A DNA stretch of 64,000 bases, taken from contig DAOOKJ010000002.1 of the NCBI GenBank assembly GCA_035385585.1, positions 595-64,594 of the forward strand, given 5' to 3'. Positions within the stretch are counted from its first letter, which is position 1; the number at the start of each line of letters is the position of its first letter. The notes under the pieces were generated by a model, which did no database searches, had not been told where the DNA came from, and saw only the letters and a program-made list of their open reading frames with translations. Shown here piece by piece: positions 1 through 8,160 of this stretch. Source of the DNA: Minisyncoccota bacterium (GTDB lineage Bacteria > Patescibacteriota > Minisyncoccia > UBA6257). A program made the position numbers and the translations under genes.

Positions 1-1435
1 TGCTTTCGAAAAACTGGATAATACTTTAAAAGTGGCAATGCTAGACCCGGTGAATTTAGAAACTTTAAATTTTTTGGAAAAATATACCGGCTATTTTATT
101 AAGCCATATTTGGCTTTAGATGAGGATCTGCAGGCTGCCTTTGCCCAATATGGCGCCGCTGCTTCTTCGGATTTTCAAAAGATAATCCAGGAAAGCATCC
201 GCGCCTCTCTCAAATTAAGAGGACTAGAAGCAGAAAAAGCAGCAACAGAGTTTCCAATTGTTTCCTTGATTGATAATTTAATTTCCTACGCTGCTTCTTT
301 GAATGCCTCTGATATTCATATTGAGATTTTAGCCGATGAGGTGTTGATTCGATTTAGAATAGATGGAGTACTTAAGGAAGTGTTAAGACTAGCGAAAGAA
401 ATTCATCCTGCGATAGTGGCAAGAATTAAAATTCTAGCGGGGCTGCAGATCGATGAACACAACAAACCTCAAGATGGCCGATTCAAATACAAATATGCCG
501 ATACTGTTTTTGATATCCGGGTTGCAATCATTCCTACTATGTATGGCGAAAAAGTAGAGATGCGTCTTTTAACCGGTTCAGTTAAGCCAATGAGCTTCGG
601 GGAATTAGGAATGCTAGAAGAAACTATAAGAATCGTTGAAGAAAATATTGCTAAAACTCATGGAATGATTTTAGCTACTGGTCCTACTGGCTGCGGTAAG
701 ACTACTACCTTATACGCAATTTTAAATAAAATTAATCGGCCAGAGGTAAATATTATCACCATAGAAGATCCGATTGAGTATGAACTAAAATATGTTAATC
801 AAATCCAAGTTAATCCAAAAGCGGGCATTGATTTTGCCAATGGTTTGCGGGCAATCTTAAGACAGGATCCGAATATAATTATGGTTGGAGAAATCCGCGA
901 TAATGAAACCGCAGAAATCGCCATGCACGCTGCTTTAACCGGTCATTTAGTTTTGTCTACCTTACACACTAATGATGCACCAACTGCTGTGCCTCGTCTT
1001 TTTGAAATGGGTATTCCACCATTTTTAGTTTCTGCCACCGTTAATATGGTCATTGCCCAAAGGTTAGTTAGAAGAATCTGCCGGGAATGCATTGAAAGTT
1101 ATGAAGTGCCTAGTTCTGTTTATGAAGCAGTCAACCAGCAGTTAAAAATAAGTAAGGGCAAGTTCGCCCCGCTATTTAGACCAAAATTACTTTATAGAGG
1201 AAAAGGGTGCAAGTCTTGCGGTTATACTGGTTTCCGGGGCAGATTGGCCATTTATGAAGCATTTGATATTAATGAAAAAGTAAGGGAATATATTCAAAGG
1301 CCGGATTTCTCTATTGACGGTTTGAAAAACATCGCTTTTAGTCAGGGAATGAAAATAATGTTTGAAGATGGACTATCTAAAGCCGAATTAGGACAAACAA
1401 CTATTGAAGAAGTACTGAGAGTGATAAAAGAATAA
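1..1435 (+). CDS. pilB: Type IV pilus assembly ATPase PilB/GspE family, 5' partial (frame is open to the window start)
   Basis: Walker A GPTGCGKTTT, GspE-type ATPase body, C-terminal CxxC...CxxC tetracysteine motif; followed by pilC and pilin genes. Confidence 0.85.
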   Translation, partial: AFEKLDNTLKVAMLDPVNLETLNFLEKYTGYFIKPYLALDEDLQAAFAQYGAAASSDFQKIIQESIRASLKLRGLEAEKAATEFPIVSLIDNLISYAASLNASDIHIEILADEVLIRFRIDGVLKEVLRLAKEIHPAIVARIKILAGLQIDEHNKPQDGRFKYKYADTVFDIRVAIIPTMYGEKVEMRLLTGSVKPMSFGELGMLEETIRIVEENIAKTHGMILATGPTGCGKTTTLYAILNKINRPEVNIITIEDPIEYELKYVNQIQVNPKAGIDFANGLRAILRQDPNIIMVGEIRDNETAEIAMHAALTGHLVLSTLHTNDAPTAVPRLFEMGIPPFLVSATVNMVIAQRLVRRICRECIESYEVPSSVYEAVNQQLKISKGKFAPLFRPKLLYRGKGCKSCGYTGFRGRLAIYEAFDINEKVREYIQRPDFSIDGLKNIAFSQGMKIMFEDGLSKAELGQTTIEEVLRVIKE

Positions 1436-1557
1436 AGGGTTTTCTGGCTTAAACAAAAAAATAAAATATAGTTTACAAGAATAAATTGAGTGCTCGGTGC
1501 TCAATGTGATAGTAAAATTTACTTCGCATTGGGCTCGTAAATTTCAATCACATTAGT

Positions 1558-2769
1558 ATGCTTTTTCATTACGTTGCTCAGGACAAACAAGGAAGAATAA
1601 AAGAAGGCAATGTTAGCCAGCCCAACCTTCAGGCAGCTTTAGATTTTTTAGCCAGCCAGAATTTAAAGCCAATTTCAGTCAGACCAATAGCACTTGAAAA
1701 GGCAAAAAAGGGAATAATAATTCGCAAAGAATCATTAAGTTTGACTGATAAAGTATTTCTAACTAAATATCTGTCTTTGATGCTGAAAGTTGGCACTGAT
1801 TTATTTTCTGCCATTGATATTCTAATTGAAGATTTTGAATCAGGGCCAGCCAGGAGATTTTTGCTGGAAATAAGAAGTAATTTGGAAAAAGGCCAGCCAT
1901 TTTATTTGGCTTTTCAAAACCACCCTGATTATTTTTCTCAAGTGGTCATAAATTTAATAAAAGCCGGGGAGAGCGCTGGAAATCTAGAAAAGACTTTGGA
2001 GCAAGTATCTTCTGACCTGGAAAGAGAAAAAGAACTTTCTAGTAAAGTAAAATCCGCCTTAATTTATCCAATGATATTAGTCGCCACCTCGTTTTTTATG
2101 ATTATATTTCTTGCGACTTTCGCCATCCCCAAATTAAGCGAAATGTTTTTGTCAACCGGCAAAGAAGTGCCACTTTATACAAGAATAGTATTAGGTGTTG
2201 GAATGTTTTTAAACCGCTATGTTTTCATTGTTATTCCTTTAATTATCGGCGTTCCTCTGATTTTATATTTTTATTTTTCTAAAAATAAAACAGGGAAAAT
2301 GTATTTTAATAATCTTTTAGAAAAAATTCCCGTAGTGAAGAATTTGGTAGAGAAAATGGCTTTAGAAAGGTTCGCTTCTGTTTTGGGCTCTCTAATTAAA
2401 GCTGGAATGCCAATTATTCAAGCGGTTGAGGTAACTGCTCAGGCAGTTGGCAATCCCAAATATGAGGCTTCATTAAATAGAATTGCAAAAGAATATTTGA
2501 GTAAAGGAATTTCAATCGGCGATTCTTTCAAAAGAGAGAAAATTTTTCCGGCAGTAGTGTCTAATCTATTAGCCATTGGAGAAAAAGCCGGTCACACAGA
2601 AGAGATATTATTTACTTTATCCACTTTTTACGAATCAGAAATAGATGTTGCTTTAAAAACTTTGGTTTCCTTTATTGAGCCGGCTCTTCTTGTTATAATC
2701 GGAATAATTGTTGGCGGTATTGCTCTGTCTTTAATAGTGCCGGTGTATCAGTTAGTGGGACAATTCTAA
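1558..2769 (+). CDS. pilC: Type IV pilus inner-membrane platform protein PilC/GspF family
   Basis: 403 aa, two GspF-type repeats with TM segments; directly follows pilB. Confidence 0.8.
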   Translation: MLFHYVAQDKQGRIKEGNVSQPNLQAALDFLASQNLKPISVRPIALEKAKKGIIIRKESLSLTDKVFLTKYLSLMLKVGTDLFSAIDILIEDFESGPARRFLLEIRSNLEKGQPFYLAFQNHPDYFSQVVINLIKAGESAGNLEKTLEQVSSDLEREKELSSKVKSALIYPMILVATSFFMIIFLATFAIPKLSEMFLSTGKEVPLYTRIVLGVGMFLNRYVFIVIPLIIGVPLILYFYFSKNKTGKMYFNNLLEKIPVVKNLVEKMALERFASVLGSLIKAGMPIIQAVEVTAQAVGNPKYEASLNRIAKEYLSKGISIGDSFKREKIFPAVVSNLLAIGEKAGHTEEILFTLSTFYESEIDVALKTLVSFIEPALLVIIGIIVGGIALSLIVPVYQLVGQF

Positions 2770-2891
2770 AAATAAATCAAAATTCAAAACTCAAAAGTCA
2801 AAATTATAATTCAAAATTTAAATTCAAAATTTAAATTCAAAATGCAAAAGTAAAGATTTTAAAATTTAAACTTTTTACTTGTAATTTCTTA

Positions 2892-2965
2892 CCTGTCTAA
2901 ACCCCGCCCTTTTTGAAAAAAGAGCAGGATTTAGCAGGGTGAAACTTTTGAGTTTTGAATTTATA
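2892..2965. repeat. Imperfect palindromic element aaaccccgccc-tttttgaaaaaa-gagcaggattt, copy 1 of 3, followed by a conserved tail gtgaaacttttgagttttgaatt
   Basis: Copies at 12381..12450 and 53436..53480. Confidence 0.6.
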
Positions 2966-2970
2966 TTTTT

Positions 2971-3474
2971 ATGTGTTTTCATACAAAATACAAAATACAA
3001 AATACAAAATACAGATTCCGCGGCTTTACTCTTGTAGAACTTCTTATTGTTATTGGTATTACTGCTACAATGGCAACGGTTGGCATTGGTTATTATATGA
3101 ACCAGCAAAAAACTAAACTTTTAGAAACCACTGCTCAAGAGATTGTTAGTTATCTAAAATATGCCCAACAAAAATCAATCTCACAAGAACAGGGATTACA
3201 ATGGGGAGTCCATTTTGAAAACCCCTCTTCTGGTCAGGATTTTTACGCTCTTTATACTGGGACCACTTATTCTAATCCAATTGAAACAAAATATCTCCCA
3301 GAAGGAATAGAATTTTCTATACCCCAAACAGCAAGTTCAGTCGATATTTCGTTTTCCAAACTCACAGGCAAAAATTATAGTGGAACTAACCAATCTGTTA
3401 CCATTCTATCTACCTTTAATAATGCTACTACCACAATTACTGTTTCTTCTTTAGGATTAGTGACTTATCAATAA
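2971..3474 (+). CDS. Type IV pilin-like protein; 18-aa basic leader then G|FTLVELLIVIGI
   Basis: Class III signal: leader ending in G, Phe +1, Glu +5, hydrophobic helix; leader is encoded by a 4x AAAATAC heptanucleotide repeat. Confidence 0.75.
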   Translation: MCFHTKYKIQNTKYRFRGFTLVELLIVIGITATMATVGIGYYMNQQKTKLLETTAQEIVSYLKYAQQKSISQEQGLQWGVHFENPSSGQDFYALYTGTTYSNPIETKYLPEGIEFSIPQTASSVDISFSKLTGKNYSGTNQSVTILSTFNNATTTITVSSLGLVTYQ

Positions 3475-3522
3475 AGTAGCAATAACAATAATAAAATTTT
3501 ATCGTCTTGATCTATTTTTTTC

Positions 3523-3615
3523 ATGTTTTTCCATAGTCCCATTGACGAAGTCCGCATTTACAATCGGGTTCTTAGTCCCGCAGAAATTCAACAGCACTAT
3601 AACTCCAGACAATAA
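3523..3615 (+). pseudogene. Remnant C-terminal tail of a LamG (concanavalin A-like) domain, IDEVRIYNRVLSPAEIQQHY, in the same frame as the upstream pilin but cut off by two in-frame stops (TAA 3472, TGA 3508)
   Basis: Translation MFFHSPIDEVRIYNRVLSPAEIQQHYNSRQ matches the canonical LamG C-terminal DEVRIYNRALSxxEI motif; frame identical to ORF 2971..3474. Confidence 0.45.
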
Positions 3616-3721
3616 CTGACAGCAAAATTTCTAATTTTAAATTTCCAATTTTAAATTTTTAATTTTATAAATAAAAATAATTTCCTAAAAAATTTAGGCG
3701 GATAAAGTTGGTAATTAATTT

Positions 3722-4750
3722 GTGAAACACCAAATGCTCTTTACAAAATACAAAATACAAAATACAAAATACAGACTTTGTGGTCAATCTCTTTTAGAAC
3801 TTCTTTTATCCATTGCAGTCGGGACAATTTTAATTGGCGGGTCGGTGCTATTAATGACTACTTCTTTAAGAAGTTATCAATCAATAAAACAACGATTAAC
3901 TATTAATTCTTTATCTCGACAAGAAGCAGAGGTTATAATTTCCAAGGCTCAAGATAGTTGGCATAGTGTTTATGATTTAACAAGGGCAACAGATTATTAT
4001 ACTACTTCAACTAATAATGTTTGGAGTTTTAATTCTGGCAAAGAAGAATCCACAATTAATAATGTTTCTTATAGAAGATATTTCCAAGTGTTAGATGCTT
4101 TACGAGATGATTCAGGAAACATCGCTACTTCAGGAAATACTGACCCAAATACTTTAAAAATCAATGTTTTTTTGGAATACGGAATTAATTACAATTCTTC
4201 TTCCAGTTTAGTTTTTTATCTTACTCGTTCTTCTAATAATCAAGTTTTTCAACAGACAGACTGGTCTGAAGGACAGGGTCAAACTGGTCCTCTTCCTAAT
4301 CCCGGAAATAAATTTGATACTTCTACCAATATTAACTTCGCTTCAACAACCGGTTCTATTTATATGGCCACAACGACCATCGCGGCAGAATTAACTTCCT
4401 CTATTTTAGATACCGGTGTTGATGGAGGGGCTGGATTCAATTCGCTTCTTTGGCAAGGAAGCAAAGGAACTAATGGTTATGTTAAATTTCAGATTGCTTT
4501 TTCTAATTCTATTACTGGTCCTTGGACGTATTATGGTTGTACAACTATTCCTTCTTCTTGTTTGAATCCAAATAATTGGACAACTGCCAGCAGTTCTTTG
4601 GCTGCTTTAGAACCAAACACCTCCTTACCTTTGCCTTTTTATAGTACTCCTAGCCCTCAGAATAAACGTTATATTCGCTATAAAATTTTTCTTTCCACTT
4701 CTGGCACTTCTCCTCAAATAAATGATATAATAATAAACTGGAGCCCGTAG
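3722..4750 (+). CDS. Large pilin-like protein (prepilin-type N-terminus G|QSLLELLLSIAVG, Ser/Thr/Asn-rich body)
   Basis: Same KYKIQNTKY leader repeat as gene 2971; Glu +5; hydrophobic N-terminal helix. Confidence 0.65.
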   Translation: MKHQMLFTKYKIQNTKYRLCGQSLLELLLSIAVGTILIGGSVLLMTTSLRSYQSIKQRLTINSLSRQEAEVIISKAQDSWHSVYDLTRATDYYTTSTNNVWSFNSGKEESTINNVSYRRYFQVLDALRDDSGNIATSGNTDPNTLKINVFLEYGINYNSSSSLVFYLTRSSNNQVFQQTDWSEGQGQTGPLPNPGNKFDTSTNINFASTTGSIYMATTTIAAELTSSILDTGVDGGAGFNSLLWQGSKGTNGYVKFQIAFSNSITGPWTYYGCTTIPSSCLNPNNWTTASSSLAALEPNTSLPLPFYSTPSPQNKRYIRYKIFLSTSGTSPQINDIIINWSP

Positions 4751-4789
4751 TCACGAAACATGTAACATGAAACTTGAAACATAAAAAAT

Positions 4790-5152
4790 ATGAAACAAAG
4801 CCTCACCGGATCTTTCCATAAAAAATTAAGATTTAAATTAGATAAATTTGTTTCTTTAATTTATCAACTTACTAAAAATTTTCCGAAAGATGAATTATAT
4901 GGAGTTACTTCTCAATTAAGACGTTCTTCTCTTTCAATAATTTTGAATTATATCGAAGGTTATGGTAGAATGAAAAGTAAGGTATACCAAAATTTCATAG
5001 AAATTTCTTACGGCTCCTTAAAAGAAACTAAATATTTACTATACTTTTCTTATAAGGAAAATTATCTTTCTTTTGATGAATATCAAACAACTATACAACT
5101 ATCGGAAGAAATAGGAGCAATGCTTTATGGGATTTTAAAAAATATAAAATAA
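4790..5152 (+). CDS. Four-helix-bundle protein (23S rRNA intervening-sequence protein family, TIGR02436-like)
   Basis: 120 aa, helical pattern and size typical of the family; flanked by inverted GAAACA-heptamer repeat arrays. Confidence 0.55.
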   Translation: MKQSLTGSFHKKLRFKLDKFVSLIYQLTKNFPKDELYGVTSQLRRSSLSIILNYIEGYGRMKSKVYQNFIEISYGSLKETKYLLYFSYKENYLSFDEYQTTIQLSEEIGAMLYGILKNIK

Positions 5153-5157
5153 CTAAT

Positions 5158-6156
5158 ATGTTTCAGGTTTCACGTTTCAAGTTTCATAAAAAAGCTTTTA
5201 CTCTGATGGAACTTTTGCTTTATTCTGGTATTTTAGTGATTTCTGCAGGATTAATTGGCGGGATTGTTTATACTATTTCTAAGGCTAATTTAAGAACCCA
5301 AGCAGAAGAAGAGGTGAATTCTTTAATGATGCGGCTAGAGGAAGTATTTCGCCAAAAAATCGAGGTAGCAAAAGGAGTTAATAGTTTTGGAGTAGGGGGC
5401 GCGACATTGGAATTAAATATGGGCAACTCAACTACGACTTTTAGTTCAAGTAATTTTACTTTGTATTTAAATGAGGGCGCTAGTGATTTACCATTAAACG
5501 ACTCTAATAAAGTGAAAGTTACTTCTTTAGTTTTTTCTCCAACCGGCGCTACTGGCGCGGCAATTTCCAACACTTATCATTACGCTTGGAGTGGCAATGT
5601 TGGTTGGATTGATTTTGGTTATCCAGGTTCAAATGTAAGAGTCCCAACTGGTGAAGGTGAACTAACTGGCGCTGCCTATATTTTATCTGATGGCTCTTGG
5701 ATTTCTTTAAATTGCAAGACCACTGATAGTTGTTCATCGAATAATTATAAAGTAAGTTCTGATTCAAACGGTAATTTAAGCGGTTGGGGATGGTCAGATA
5801 ATTACGGCTGGGTTAGTTTTAGTTGCAAAACTGGCGGTTCAGATGGAGGAGATATTTGTTCTTCTTCTAATTATGGCGTGAAAGTGGCAACAACTACCAC
5901 AGAAAATTATCAGGCAGGCGAATTTGATGGTTATGCTTATTCCGAAAACATTGGCTGGATATCTTTTAGTTGCAAAACTGGCGGCGAAGACAAAACTGAT
6001 ATTTGTGATACTTCTGATTACCGAGTTCAAGACTTAAGGATGAACACAAATGCGGTAAAAATAGATATTACTCTGGAATACAACTCTCAAAAACCAGAAC
6101 AGCAAATTACTAGAACTAACAGTTTTGTTTTTAATATTCTTACCCCAGCGAAATGA
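5158..6156 (+). CDS. Pilin-like protein (leader MFQVSRFKFHKKA|FTLMELL) with four internal ~45-aa repeats carrying GW(I/V)SFSCKTGG...DIC..S.Y.V
   Basis: Prepilin-type N-terminus with Glu +5; repeats read directly from the translation. Confidence 0.6.
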   Translation: MFQVSRFKFHKKAFTLMELLLYSGILVISAGLIGGIVYTISKANLRTQAEEEVNSLMMRLEEVFRQKIEVAKGVNSFGVGGATLELNMGNSTTTFSSSNFTLYLNEGASDLPLNDSNKVKVTSLVFSPTGATGAAISNTYHYAWSGNVGWIDFGYPGSNVRVPTGEGELTGAAYILSDGSWISLNCKTTDSCSSNNYKVSSDSNGNLSGWGWSDNYGWVSFSCKTGGSDGGDICSSSNYGVKVATTTTENYQAGEFDGYAYSENIGWISFSCKTGGEDKTDICDTSDYRVQDLRMNTNAVKIDITLEYNSQKPEQQITRTNSFVFNILTPAK

Positions 6157-6222
6157 GGCACTAAATTTTAATTTTAAAATAATTTTTTAATGTCTTAATT
6201 TTTAAAAATTAACAAATTTAGA

Positions 6223-6639
6223 GTGTTTATTTATAGAATTAAAAATTACAAAATTAAAAATTGTTTTCGTGGAGTCGCCTCTCTTATTACGATTATTTCT
6301 TTAGGGACTTTAATTTTTATTATTTCTTTAGCCACCAGTATTCTTGCTTATTACTCAAATTTAAATATAGATTCCAATAAAAAAGCCACCATCGCAAACT
6401 ATGCTACTTATAGCGGGCTTCAGGATGCCTTGTTAAAATTAGAAAGAAATAAAGATTATAGTTCTTCTTTTAATTTAAGCGTTAATGGGACTAATGATGT
6501 TTCGGTAACTGTTTCCGGTGGGACAATTACTAGCACTGCTACTTTTTCCCAAATTAGCAAGAAATTACAAACAGAAGTTGTTATTGATTCTACCACTGGA
6601 CTAATTATCCCCACTTCAACTAGAGAGTTGACTTTATGA
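6223..6639 (+). CDS. Minor pilin/pseudopilin-like protein (leader ...NCFRG|VASLITIISLGTL)
   Basis: Basic leader then hydrophobic helix; lacks Glu +5; position in pilus cluster. Confidence 0.45.
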   Translation: MFIYRIKNYKIKNCFRGVASLITIISLGTLIFIISLATSILAYYSNLNIDSNKKATIANYATYSGLQDALLKLERNKDYSSSFNLSVNGTNDVSVTVSGGTITSTATFSQISKKLQTEVVIDSTTGLIIPTSTRELTL

Positions 6640-8156
6640 AAAACAATGTTCAAAAAAAGTTTAAAATTAATTGGCAAAAGTTATTAGTGCCTGAGTTTAG
6701 AATTTATGGCGTTTCTTTAAATGATTACGAAATTAAAATTTTCTGCTTTGATAAATCCTTAAATAAAATTTCTACTGTAAATAAATTTGTTTTGCCAGCA
6801 GGAATTATTAAAGAAGGTATTCTTCAAAATCCCGAGGCTTTCAAATCTTTTTTTAGTTCGTTAAAGGAAAAACTATGGCGAAAAGAAAAAAATGTCTGGA
6901 TAATCTTGTCATTACCTTCGGCAAATTTTTATATTAATTATTTTTCTTTGCCAGAATTAAGCGAAACTCAATTAAAGGACGCGGTAATTTTTAATGCTCA
7001 AATGGCAGCCCCTCTCCCCCTAGAAGAATCTTATTTTGATTGGGAAGATTGGGGACTATCGCAAAAAGAGTTTGAAAAAGAAATTTTTATCGCTTTGGGA
7101 ATTAAAAAACAAATTGACCCCTATTGGGAAATCTTTAAAGATTTAGGTCTAAAGATAGTGGCTATTGAGCCTTATGCTTTGTCTTTAACCCGTTTCGTCT
7201 ATAATTTTTTGGAACAAGAAGAACCGGTTTTAATTATTGATGTTAGAAATGATGGGATGGAGTTTGTAATTAGTGAAGGGAAGAAACTTATTTACTTTGA
7301 TTACGATTCCTGGCATGAAATTTTCGGCCAGAATATTCCTCAAAAAATTCTGCCTTCTCATTTAGAAAAACATCTTTTAAATGAAATCCCGATGATTTTA
7401 AACTTTTATTCTTTAAAAAGGCAAAAATCGTTAAAAAGATTTCTTCTTTTAAGCGAAAATGACCAATTATTGGTTTACTTTTACGATTGGCTAAACAAGA
7501 ATTATGGCTTAAATCCCTTGGAATTTAATGTCCCTCCTTTTTTAAAGAACCTTAAAAGAGATTGGGCTGGAGTGGTCGGTTGTGCTTTACGGGGGTTGAT
7601 TTCGCGGGGAAAAGACACTATTGTTTCCTTGGCGCCAATTCAAACCGAAGAGGATTATTATCAATCGCATTTAATAAGCACGGTTTCTTTATGGCTTAAA
7701 ATTATTGTTACTGTTTTGGGGTGTTTTACTTTAGTTTATGGTCTTGTGGATTATGCTCTGTTTATTAGAACAGAAAAAAGGTTTGCGGCTGACGCCATAG
7801 CTGCGCTTAACCCAACTATTCTGCAAAAACAAGAACAACTGCAAAGATCAGCCGATGAATTCAATACTTTAGTCCGAAAGGCAGAAGCAATTAATACTTT
7901 TAAAAAAGATTTTGCTGCTATTTTGAATGAAATTAGTAACCAAACAAAAGATTCTATTACTTTAAAAAGGATTTTTATCACTGATAGCGGTACTTTTAAC
8001 ATTACTATCACCGGAGAGGCAAAATCAAAAGAGGCCATTGTTAATTTTAAGCAGACATTGGAAGAAAAACGGATCCTACAAGATTCTTCTTTGCCGCTTG
8101 AAGCGATGGTGGAAACTCCTCAGGGGGTTAGTTTCATTTTGAACGGAAAGTTATAA
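6636..8156 (+). CDS. PilM-like actin-fold pilus assembly protein fused to a TM segment and PilN-like C-terminal region
   Basis: 506 aa; ~350-aa N-terminal region, one TM helix (VSLWLKIIVTVLGCFTLVYGLV), coiled-coil/periplasmic tail; 4-bp overlap with upstream gene. Confidence 0.45.
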   Translation: MKNNVQKKFKINWQKLLVPEFRIYGVSLNDYEIKIFCFDKSLNKISTVNKFVLPAGIIKEGILQNPEAFKSFFSSLKEKLWRKEKNVWIILSLPSANFYINYFSLPELSETQLKDAVIFNAQMAAPLPLEESYFDWEDWGLSQKEFEKEIFIALGIKKQIDPYWEIFKDLGLKIVAIEPYALSLTRFVYNFLEQEEPVLIIDVRNDGMEFVISEGKKLIYFDYDSWHEIFGQNIPQKILPSHLEKHLLNEIPMILNFYSLKRQKSLKRFLLLSENDQLLVYFYDWLNKNYGLNPLEFNVPPFLKNLKRDWAGVVGCALRGLISRGKDTIVSLAPIQTEEDYYQSHLISTVSLWLKIIVTVLGCFTLVYGLVDYALFIRTEKRFAADAIAALNPTILQKQEQLQRSADEFNTLVRKAEAINTFKKDFAAILNEISNQTKDSITLKRIFITDSGTFNITITGEAKSKEAIVNFKQTLEEKRILQDSSLPLEAMVETPQGVSFILNGKL

Positions 8157-8160
8157 CAAA

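Noticed and set aside
1629-1814. Antisense and overlapping ORFs inside confident genes (1629..1814-, 2875..3108-, 5268..5573-, 5549..5767-, 5839..6030-, 6456..6677-, 7751..8038-, 9746..9928-, 10169..10612-, 11645..11848-, 15719..15931-, 16239..16436+, 17578..17796-, 17843..18220-, 23647..23856-, 25133..25453-, 26713..27018-, 26913..27170-, 28431..28652-, 30408..30683-, 30844..31134-, 32050..32427-, 32304..32654-, 34531..34737+, 34977..35255+, 39460..39720+, 40521..40712-, 42673..42858+, 44811..45083+, 46883..47122-, 46942..47187+, 49347..49538+, 51225..51503-, 52156..52395-, 54209..54415+, 56431..56685-, 57302..57526+, 57839..58033-, 61633..61893-, 61837..62019+, 61976..62182-, 63633..63839-)
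   Set aside because: Each lies wholly within or opposite a longer ORF that carries clear conserved motifs. AT-rich genomes generate many such spurious frames.
2770-2890. Tandem short repeats that could be mistaken for a CRISPR array
   Set aside because: Units are ~11 bp, AT-only and irregular, with no unique spacers. They are phased A-tracts, not CRISPR repeats.
3472-3510. UGA/UAA recoding (alternative genetic code) to explain the in-frame stops between the pilin and the LamG tail
   Set aside because: TGA and TAA terminate many well-conserved genes here at the expected length, so the standard code applies.
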